The notes beneath the pieces were generated by a model. That model was not told where the DNA came from and did not search any database. It saw only the letters and a program-made list of their open reading frames with translations. DNA of 64,000 nt from the NCBI GenBank assembly GCA_964019335.1, contig OZ025715.1, forward strand, positions 62,001 through 126,000, written 5' to 3'. This document shows, in pieces, positions 35,197 through 44,028 of the stretch. Each line of letters begins with the position of its first letter. The stretch's first letter is position 1. Source of the stretch: Diplonema japonicum (Eukaryota; Protista; Euglenozoa: Diplonemea). Both the position numbers and the translations under genes were made by a program.

Positions 35197-36110
35197 CGAG
35201 ATTTTGTTTGTGCACATGAAAGTCACTGTGCTCACCCCACCGTATGGCCAAAGACAATAACAGGAATCTCATCCAGTAGCTCTTATACAAAAAAAAATGA
35301 AAATAAAAAGAGGAAAAACAAAGGGGAGGAGAAAAAATGAAGAAGCTGGTACTCACGGATTTAAAAAAAAAAAAGCTTTTTTTTTTCTTTTTTTTTTTTT
35401 CCGAGTAGGGAAGGGAGAACGGGGAAAGGGGGGGGTAAATCGAAGTTTGTTCCCTGCGCCTATGGATACACCCTCAAGAAAGCAAGAAAAAAAAAAAAAA
35501 AAAAGGATCTCTAACGGTTGGCTGTTCCTCTCATATGTCTAAAATTGAGGTTTCTTCAAATTATTGCAGCCGTAAGGGTCTGGGAGGAGAGAGCATCCAC
35601 TCACACAATGTATTGGCCCAAAGATTCTTCTTTTTTTTTTTTCTTTTTTTTTCTCAGAAAGCATGTGGGTTGTCCATAAACGTCAGGGGACTTTACAACT
35701 AGAACTAGTATTAATTTACTGGATTATTTTCTTCTGTTTTTTTTCTTTTCTTTGTTTTTTTAATACCTTTTTCTTTTTTTTTTTCTCTTCACTCCCTCAC
35801 ACACACTTGTCCGTCCCCCCCCTCGTTGCACTCCCCTTTCTTTTTCCTCTGACTATCTAGGGCATATTTAAGGTGATACAAACTTTTTTTTTTTGCCAAT
35901 TTATATTCTACGGTTCCCTGTTTGCCCCCCCCCCCCCCCCCACTCCTGCAAATTCTTTTTTCTTTTCCCACCGCCCTCCCCCCCTTTTTTTTTCTTCTCC
36001 TCCACCTTTCTTCCCACTTCTTTCTTTCCCCCAGAGTTTTGAATGTTGACCCCACACACAAAAAAAAAAAAAAACTTCAGGTGACCAGTTCTTTTCTTGT
36101 TTTCTAAAAC

Positions 36111-36705
36111 ATGCCAGAAGTAGTAAAAGCTGAGTATGAAGGACAGCCTATAAATATAGAAGATGCTGAAGGGGACAATCTCGAGTCCCTACTGGCGTGT
36201 CTGGCCGTGGCGAGGGGGTGTGTGGGGACCGAAATAGAACGTGAGCGCGAGTGCATCCAAGAAAATGTCGTCTCCTTAGAATGCTACACCCAGGTTGCAC
36301 TGCGCAGGTCCATGCGGGTGAAGGCAGCCATGGTCGAGCACACCCTGTGCGAAAACTACAAGAAACACCAGACCACGTCTCCAGCCTTCAAAAACCTTGC
36401 AAGACTACAAGAAGAACAGGGCTTCCAAATGGAGCAATTGGTAATGAACGGAGCCAACCGAAGTGACGTCAAGCTCCTCGTCGAAACCCATGCAAACCAA
36501 CTCCGTGTGGCTTCCCACGCTGCGGAGCTGTCTCTTTGTTCATACGCACACCAACAACGTCTGGAATATTCACAAGCGTTATACGCGATTTACAACCGGT
36601 CCAAAGACATCACATTAGGTTTATCCACGCCAAAGGAAACACCTGAAAAACCCAGTAAAGAATCCACAGGGAGGATTACATCGTTGGTGCCAACATTTGG
36701 TGTTG
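36111..36705 (+). CDS. 5' part of a coiled-coil protein resembling C12orf4/FERRY3 (DUF2362); runs into the gap
   Basis: LARLQEEQGFQMEQL...DVKLLVETH...QQRLEY pattern resembles the family as I recall it; not verified by search. Confidence 0.5.
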
Positions 36706-36905
36706 NNNNNNNNNNNNNNNNNNNNNNNNNNNNNNNNNNNNNNNNNNNNNNNNNNNNNNNNNNNNNNNNNNNNNNNNNNNNNNNNNNNNNNNNNNNNNNN
36801 NNNNNNNNNNNNNNNNNNNNNNNNNNNNNNNNNNNNNNNNNNNNNNNNNNNNNNNNNNNNNNNNNNNNNNNNNNNNNNNNNNNNNNNNNNNNNNNNNNNN
36901 NNNNN
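36706..36905. other. Assembly gap (200 N)
   Basis: Run of n characters. Confidence 1.
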
Positions 36906-37659
36906 GAAAACCGCAGGTGTAAGGCCTCCTAAATTAGCAATGTTTCACCATGTAACCTCAACCGGTTGGCTTCTACCCGTATCGTCGTTAACGTCTGCTT
37001 TCCATTCATTTGGGATATCCACGCTGATCGATGGGACGAATGCTGTTGGCCACCAGTCTGTCGATATCTCGTCCATCAACTGTGATTGGTACGCTGCATC
37101 TTGTTCGCGATTCCTTTTTGGATTTGGCGGATCTGGTTTTCTTGTAGCAGCACCGTTGAAACATGTTTGCACATTCCCCTTGACAGTGTCGTATTTTGAT
37201 GGAAAAGGTTTCTCCAAAGAATTTTCTTACTACGGTCTACGGGATTTCTCATCGTGGCTCAGCCTAATCGATGCCTTCGATTTTGTCGATTATTCTTGTA
37301 AAGGCCGGGACAGCATTCGGAGTTATTGTTCTTCAATTGTTAAGCAAGCTAATGCGGTTGTTAAGAAAAAATGGGGTGTCCCTGGGCCCATTCAGGGTAC
37401 AGCTTTTAGTATGATGCCCACTTACCGGGTTCCTGGGACGGAGGGTCTTGACGATGCGCGTGCTGTGGATCTGCAGGTTTATCTTGCGCAGAACGGTGTG
37501 ACTGTGCGGGTGACGAGTGCTGTTTTGTCCACTCCGTCTCCAAGTTTGTATGTTACGTGTAGTGTTGGGATGCATTCGACTCTCGCGGATTTTGAGCACC
37601 TTACCGAAGTAGTTTTGTCCTTGGGAGGCAAGTTTCCACAGAGTTATGACACCTTGTAA
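36906..37659 (+). CDS. 3' part of a class-V aminotransferase-fold protein (L-cysteine desulfhydrase / Egt2 / CefD-like)
   Basis: KLAMFHHVTS..LLPV...LIDGTNAVG...CDWYAASCSRFLF and EFSYYGLRDFS match the family layout. 5' end lies in the gap. Confidence 0.75.
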
Positions 37660-38508
37660 AGATCGCGGCTCGATTTTTTTTTTTTTTTTTTTCCCTTTCC
37701 AAAGCCTTGTGTGATTTTTCTTTGTTTTTTTTTTTTTTTCCAGCGTAGCTTTTCTGTCGGGGGGGGGTTTTTTTTTTCTTTTGGTCCCTTTTGTGGGATT
37801 TTTAGAATATTCCCAGACTGACCCCTTAGGTGGGAGGTAGTCCTGAAAGCGCTGGAGAGAGGAAAGTTCAGGAGTTACTGGAACAGAAAAAAAGAAAGGG
37901 AAAAAAGAAATTGTAGATTCAACTTTATCTTTTCCCCGAAAGAAGAAGAAGAAGAAGGGGAATACGTACCACTAGCAAAACTTATTTATGTGTCTTTTTT
38001 TTTTTTATAGTTTTTTTTTTTTTTGTCGTAAAAAAAAGAATTAAAAAAAAAAAAAAAAAACCACCTTTACCGCCAAACATAATGACTTCTTTTTTTTCAC
38101 GCTGATGGCAGAGGGGTAGCGTTCCCAGCGGCGCGAGTGGAGCGCGTCAACTCCCTACGCTGTATCGGAGGACCGACCACACACGGGTATGACAGGAGGC
38201 CAGTACTCCCGGAACGAACCACCGTTTTTCTTCTTCTTTTTTTTCTTCTTTACCGCGAACCCTCAGAGGTAAAGAAAAGAAAAAAGAGAAAAAAAAAAAA
38301 AGTCACCATATTGTATTTGGCCTCTTTACTTTTTTTCCTTTTCTTTTCACAGTGAGCGCCCCCCTCATGCACACTGAAATTTTTTTATCGAGTTTTCTTT
38401 TATTTGGTATCACCAGGGAATTTGATTTTTTTTTTTTATTATTATTATTGTAAGGTTGAAAAAAAAATATCTTAGACACACTACAAAAAAAAAAAAAAAA
38501 AAAAAAAA

Positions 38509-38814
38509 ATGTCGCTTCACCCTACCAGCATGGAAGTTGCTCGTGCCAACGCTCTGGCTGCCACTGCACATGCCGAGGCGACTGAGGCATGGAGGTACAA
38601 GTCCTCCGAGGACCTGAAGGCGGCGAGCCATACCAGCGCCATTGCCTCCAATGCTGCCAACAAGGCAAAGTTTCTTTCGGAGATCAACCGACTAGAGGCC
38701 GAGATGGCTCTCCAGCACAGCAGAGCTGTGCAAATGGATACGTGTGTTCGCGCAAACCCCGCCAGCCCCGAGAGAACTCGTATCCACCCTGGCATGCACC
38801 ACCTCACTTACTGA
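38509..38814 (+). CDS. Small Ala-rich helical hypothetical protein (101 aa)
   Basis: GC-rich ORF that starts right after a poly(A) run, like neighbouring genes. Confidence 0.7.
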   Translation: MSLHPTSMEVARANALAATAHAEATEAWRYKSSEDLKAASHTSAIASNAANKAKFLSEINRLEAEMALQHSRAVQMDTCVRANPASPERTRIHPGMHHLTY

Positions 38815-39106
38815 AAACCAGAAATTGTGTCACGTAACGCTTAGAACTTTTTTTTTTTTTTTTTTTTTTTTACTGTTGTTGTTAAAAAAAAAACTCCGGT
38901 TCCCCCCCCCCCCCCCCCCACCACCTCTCCCTCGTTGTAAAAGATTTTTTTTTCCCCCCTTTCACCATCCTCTCTATTTTTTTTTTTTCGTTCTCTTTTT
39001 CTTTACTTGTTTGTTCTTTTTTTTTTTTCCTCCCACCTTCTTTTTCTTTCCATTCTGGCAAACCCATAACGAACAAAAAGCGGGGGGGAAAAAAAAAAAA
39101 GAAAAA

Positions 39107-39844
39107 ATGCCCCGCAAGATCCTAGTAGTAGGCGACGGCGACCTGTCATACTCAGCTGCCCTCGCGGAAATGGTGAAAAACGAAGAGGGCACAGTTGTGT
39201 GGGGGTCAGTACTGCCCAACAGAGAGGAACAAGTGAGGTTGTACACAGAAAAAGCCATACTAGAGAAGGAGAAGAGGCTGGAAGGGCGGGTTCTGTACAC
39301 AGCTGACCTGACGAATTTAAAGATCCCCGAAACGGGGTTTGACGAGGTACATTTTAACTACCCGCATTTGGGATACAGCCAGCAAGCCGAGAGGGGCGGG
39401 AAATGGTCCCGGGCAAACGAACATGTTAAATTCCTGGGGAAAATGTTCGAATCTCTACAAAAGGTCCAAACCTCCGGGGCGAAGATGATGCTCACTCTCA
39501 CACCAACCCCTCCTTACAGCATCAAACAGGTCAGAGAAGCCGGGATAGAACACGGATATGTTTTTGTGAATGAAATTCCATTCGACCCCGCCGAATATTC
39601 AGGGTACCACCCTGCGTGGGGCGACGATCGGGACATCTCCAAGCCAAACACCTCATCATACGGGGAAAAGGGTCGGCGTTTAGTGTTTGAAAACTGCCAC
39701 TGTGCAACATGCGGAATAGTGTGCAAAGGAACCGATCAAATCAAGCAGCACTTGAAAAGCAGCAGACACGACAGAATGATGAGAAAGCAACGGTCTGTGG
39801 AAAACAAATTAAAACCGAAAAGAAGGTGCATTGTACTAATTTGA
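39107..39844 (+). CDS. BMT5/DUF2431-like rRNA uridine-N3 methyltransferase domain + C2H2 (U1/matrin-type) zinc finger
   Basis: KILVVGDGDLSYSAAL, FDEVHFNYPHLG and FDPAEYSGY motifs; CATC...QHLKSSRH finger. Confidence 0.85.
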   Translation: MPRKILVVGDGDLSYSAALAEMVKNEEGTVVWGSVLPNREEQVRLYTEKAILEKEKRLEGRVLYTADLTNLKIPETGFDEVHFNYPHLGYSQQAERGGKWSRANEHVKFLGKMFESLQKVQTSGAKMMLTLTPTPPYSIKQVREAGIEHGYVFVNEIPFDPAEYSGYHPAWGDDRDISKPNTSSYGEKGRRLVFENCHCATCGIVCKGTDQIKQHLKSSRHDRMMRKQRSVENKLKPKRRCIVLI

Positions 39845-39970
39845 AAGAGGAAAAAAAAAAAAAAAAAGAACCCCTCCCAAACAAAAAAAATATCATCACC
39901 CACCCAATTTCTTTTTGTTATTCTTTTTCCATAGTACTTCTTTTTCAAAGGAAAGAGGAGAGAGAGAGAG

Positions 39971-40025
39971 AGGGAGGGGGAGGGGGAGGGGGAGGGGGAG
40001 GGGGAGGGGGAGGGGGAGGGGGAGG
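39971..40025 (+). repeat. (AGGGGG)n tract directly before an ATG
   Basis: About 8 tandem AGGGGG units. Confidence 0.9.
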
Positions 40026-40610
40026 ATGTCGGTACCTGAAGAAGATTGCGCAAAAATAATAAGTCGGTTCTCCGAGGCGGACAAAGGAGTTATAACTGAT
40101 ATCCATCGCATCGCCCCGACAGTTACGGAGAAAATAAAAATTCTGAGAGATTGGGGGTACAAAGAAGCACATACGGAGGAAGAAATGCGAAGTACGGGAG
40201 AAGATGAATATTGTGGACTGTGGCCGGATCAGAAAGGGTCTGGGTGCATGGGCTTGGATCCGATTCCTTTCGTCGTTTTCGAAAAGCACACCGAGTTCAA
40301 AAAAATCGCTGTTTTCGTCGCGCATTACGGCCCCACGTTGAACTTGGACGAAGAGCTGAAGCTCGCACGTGCGTGGTGGGGCGCCCAGTACTCCAAGCTC
40401 GTCACGGAGCACCGGCTTCACAGAAACTGGGAGGTTATCGCGTTAAACCCCGTTCCGCCCCTCCTCAGCGTGTTCCTGGATGAGATCCTCGGGGACGAGT
40501 CCCCCTTAGACCCCTTCATCAGCCATTTCTGCAGAACTTGCAACGTACGTTCTGAACGGTTAGCCTCGTGTTACGTCTGTCCTGTGTGCGCCGATGCTAC
40601 ACCGTTTTGA
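40026..40610 (+). CDS. Hypothetical protein with C-terminal CxxC...CxxC finger
   Basis: 194-aa ORF between homopolymer spacers. Confidence 0.65.
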   Translation: MSVPEEDCAKIISRFSEADKGVITDIHRIAPTVTEKIKILRDWGYKEAHTEEEMRSTGEDEYCGLWPDQKGSGCMGLDPIPFVVFEKHTEFKKIAVFVAHYGPTLNLDEELKLARAWWGAQYSKLVTEHRLHRNWEVIALNPVPPLLSVFLDEILGDESPLDPFISHFCRTCNVRSERLASCYVCPVCADATPF

Positions 40611-40616
40611 AAGAAG

Positions 40617-40652
<36 letters not shown>

Positions 40653-40860
40653 CGGTACATCTGAGATAAGCACTGCATAACTACCGATACTCTTACAAGA
40701 AACTGAGCAGCACTTGTTAAAAAATACAAAAAAAAAAAAAGAAAAAGAAGAAGAAAAAGTGTCAAGGAAGTGTTTTTTCTTTTTCTTTTCCCTCTGACGA
40801 AAAAAAAAGAAAAAGAAAAAAGAAGAAGAAGAAAACAAAAAAAAAAAAACTTAGGATGAG

Positions 40861-41286
40861 ATGGGTGCGTTGAAGAACTTCAACTGTGATGTGGTGCAGC
40901 AAACGAAAACGGTGGAGGGGGACAAAAAGGAACTGATCATCCAATGCGGGCTGTCGTACTCGGGGATCTGCACCGGCAAGGAGTGCGCGGCGGGGAAGAA
41001 GTCTGTCCTCTGCAACAAGGGCTACGTCACGGACCTCATAGTGAATGAGGACTGCGCAACCTGCCCATTGTGCGGGACACCTTTTGAGATCCAGCAGATC
41101 TGCCTGTACCGCTGCGACGCAAAAGTTACCCTTCTAGACCACGTGGAAGAGTCTGCACTCTACCGTCCCAGGAAGGCAGATGTGGTCAAGATAGGCGCGA
41201 AAAACAGTTTGAAATTCAACCCCAACGACCTTACTTTGATGACCATCACCGCTAAAAGAGTAAACGGAGGGTGTCATGTGATGTAA
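40861..41286 (+). CDS. Cys-rich hypothetical protein (MG start, C-terminal CHVM)
   Basis: 141-aa GC-rich ORF with a CPLC motif. Confidence 0.7.
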   Translation: MGALKNFNCDVVQQTKTVEGDKKELIIQCGLSYSGICTGKECAAGKKSVLCNKGYVTDLIVNEDCATCPLCGTPFEIQQICLYRCDAKVTLLDHVEESALYRPRKADVVKIGAKNSLKFNPNDLTLMTITAKRVNGGCHVM

Positions 41287-41458
41287 GGAGAGGAGGATTT
41301 TTCTTTTTTTTTTTTTTTTTTTCTTTGTGCAATACCGGAGTTTTTTTTTTTTTTTTTTTTTTTTTTCCCCTGCAAAAAAAATGATTTTTCTTTAAAGGGA
41401 GGGAAGGGGGGGGCGGAGGGAAGGGTGAGATTTAAAAAAAAAAAAAAAAAAGAAACCA

Positions 41459-42076
41459 ATGACTTTCCAACAGCGTGAGTACGGTCTCGGGGTCCTCCGC
41501 AGCGACCTCTTGAAGCAAGTTATCGATCGCGAAAAACGGCAGATCATCAGAAGCCAAGAGGCCTGCGCACATGAAAGGACTTACTCCGACCCAATCGGGA
41601 CCACGAGAAAACCATGGATTACAGAGCCCTTGGCCGTGGATAAAGGGAACAGTGCTGACGTGCAGTGCTGTGCTATAGGCTATGGGGTGGACCAGCTTAA
41701 AATGCCGAAATTAGCGCTTCGGGGTAAGGTGGTGCCTGCTTCAGGGGCTGAGCCATTCCGAGCCTTTGGGACTTTCAATATCACCTCATTGCATTTGCCC
41801 CCCGCACCTCCTTATGTAGCAAAACCCAACACTGCCAGGGCCTTCACGAACAGCTGCTGGTCCTTCACCAGCCCCACCTTATCCTCAGAGACCTCCAAAG
41901 GCTCTTTCACATCACGGTTGACTTCGACAAGTCATTCTCGTGAACCTAAATCCACTATTGGTGTACCCCCATCTTCCTTCTCTTATAGTATTCCAAAGCC
42001 TCCCTCAAAGACCCAAACTTTGAGCTGCTCAGTCGCGTCAAGGCGCGGGCCTTCCCGGTCTGTAAAAAGACTGTGA
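41459..42076 (+). CDS. Hypothetical protein with Ser/Pro-rich C-terminus
   Basis: 205-aa ORF after an A-run. Confidence 0.6.
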   Translation: MTFQQREYGLGVLRSDLLKQVIDREKRQIIRSQEACAHERTYSDPIGTTRKPWITEPLAVDKGNSADVQCCAIGYGVDQLKMPKLALRGKVVPASGAEPFRAFGTFNITSLHLPPAPPYVAKPNTARAFTNSCWSFTSPTLSSETSKGSFTSRLTSTSHSREPKSTIGVPPSSFSYSIPKPPSKTQTLSCSVASRRGPSRSVKRL

Positions 42077-42263
42077 GAATTTAAAAAAAAAAAAAAAATG
42101 GTTTCCACCATATTTTTTTTTTTTTTTTTTTTTCCCCCATCCCATCAAAACATTTTTTTTTTGTCATCTTCTTTGGGGGCGGGGAAAAAAAAAAAAAAAA
42201 AAAAAAAAAGCGAGAGGGCAGGGGGTGTAAACACACTTCCCTCCCCCCCCCAAAAAAAAAACC

Positions 42264-43700
42264 ATGGAACTTAAAAAGAACATCACACTATGGACAGCCA
42301 TGTCTTACGTAGTGGGGACTATCATAGGAAGTGGAATATACAGCAGTCCGGGCAACGTTCTGGACGGAGTGGGGTCGGGGGGCGCGGCAATTCTTCTATG
42401 GGCAGCCGCAGGGGCCGTCGCCATGGCAGGAGCATTGTGCTATGTGGAGCTTGGGCTGCGATTCTCCGGAGAAGGAGGCGAAATGACATACCTCAAGGAA
42501 ATCTACAACGACCAGGTGGGGTTCATGTTCACCTGGGTCAACTCAGTCGTAACAAGACCCGCCAGTTTAGCATTAGTCTGCACAATTTTCGGTGAACATC
42601 TCCACGCGGCCGTCGGCGGCCCTGACATATTACAAAAAGTGTTCTCGCTTGCCGGGTTGACAATTCTAGCGTCGATCAATGGTTTCTCATCATCTTCTTC
42701 ATCAGGAATGCAACGCGCGTTGACTTTTGTAAAGGTTTTAACACTCATAGGACTGATGTTGTTAGCAGCATTTCCACAGTATGATCCGCAAGATGACCTC
42801 GCTGAAATATCCCTCTCGAACACATCTGGATACATCGGAGACTGGGGCGCTGCGTTTCTTAACGGGCTGTGGGCATACGACGGTTGGAATGGCCTTGCCT
42901 ACGCAACAGCGGAGATGAACGATCCATCAGAAATCCGAAACGCCATTTTGATAGGGGTCCCATTGTGCACTATTCTATACATCATGGTCAACATTGCGTA
43001 CATGAAGGTTCTTTCTGGGAGTGTTATAGAGGAATCTGATTCGATTGCCATAGATTATCTTACTGTTGTGCTGGGGTCGGACTCTGCCGGGAGGGTGGTC
43101 GGCTCGCTTGTTGTTGCCATCAGTACATTCGGGGCGGGGAATGGAATTATTTTCGGTGCTTCGAGATTGGTTTTTTCCGCTTCGCGTGGTGGGTTCCTCC
43201 CGCCTTGCCTGGGAGGTCTGTCACCAAGGCAAACCCCATTGCGAAGCATTCTCTGTCAAGCTTCCATGGCCGCGATTTTGATATCGTTTTTCGATTTTTC
43301 AGCGTTAGTTGTGTACTTTGGCATGCCGACGTATCTCTTCTACCTTTTGAACATTTTTGGCGTTATCTTGCTCCGGTACCGCGACACCCCGCCTCCCCCT
43401 TATCAGGTACCCCTTCCTCTACCTGTTCTCTTCTCGATTTTCGCCTCTGTTCTCGTCGTCTCTCCAGCCTTCTCGATGCCGATCCCCACCGTCGCTGCCG
43501 GGTCCGTCGTTTTGCTAGGGTTGCCTGTATATTATTTGATGAGAAGCACGTCCGGGAGGTGCCTCGGGTCGTGGTGGGCCGCACAGCTGGTGCCGTCTGA
43601 AAGAGAAATTAACCTGACCGAAATGATCAACCTGGAAAGCAGTGATGGTGAAGATGAACTAACTCTTGCAACCACTGCAGGTGACGATATGCAAGCTTGA
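42264..43700 (+). CDS. APC-superfamily amino-acid transporter (LAT/SLC7-like)
   Basis: VGTIIGSGIYSSPG, GALCYVELG and LWAYDGWN motifs; about 12 hydrophobic segments. Confidence 0.93.
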   Translation: MELKKNITLWTAMSYVVGTIIGSGIYSSPGNVLDGVGSGGAAILLWAAAGAVAMAGALCYVELGLRFSGEGGEMTYLKEIYNDQVGFMFTWVNSVVTRPASLALVCTIFGEHLHAAVGGPDILQKVFSLAGLTILASINGFSSSSSSGMQRALTFVKVLTLIGLMLLAAFPQYDPQDDLAEISLSNTSGYIGDWGAAFLNGLWAYDGWNGLAYATAEMNDPSEIRNAILIGVPLCTILYIMVNIAYMKVLSGSVIEESDSIAIDYLTVVLGSDSAGRVVGSLVVAISTFGAGNGIIFGASRLVFSASRGGFLPPCLGGLSPRQTPLRSILCQASMAAILISFFDFSALVVYFGMPTYLFYLLNIFGVILLRYRDTPPPPYQVPLPLPVLFSIFASVLVVSPAFSMPIPTVAAGSVVLLGLPVYYLMRSTSGRCLGSWWAAQLVPSEREINLTEMINLESSDGEDELTLATTAGDDMQA

Positions 43701-43711
43701 ATGAGAGGAGT

Positions 43712-43745
<34 letters not shown>

Positions 43746-43885
43746 TTGATTGAAAAAAAAAAAAAAAAAAAAACTTTTTTGAAAATAAAAAAAAGAGGAA
43801 GAACAGTCGCAGAAAACAGCCGGTTTTCAAAAAGAAAAAAACAAACGGCTCCCCTCCCCCCCCCGTCCGGGTATCCCCCCCAAAT

Positions 43886-43950
<65 letters not shown>

Positions 43951-44028
43951 CCGTATTCCCCCAATAAATTATAGAAAACAAAAAACAAAAAAAAAAAAAA
44001 ACAAAAAAAAAAAAAAGGAGAGGGCGCA

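Noticed and set aside
32816-36110. Numerous poly-K/poly-F ORFs here and in other spacers, including upstream extensions of real genes
   Set aside because: They arise from A/T homopolymers that lack stop codons.
36111-37659. Single fused gene across the N gap
   Set aside because: The two sides are in different frames and resemble unrelated families, and the gap size is probably nominal.
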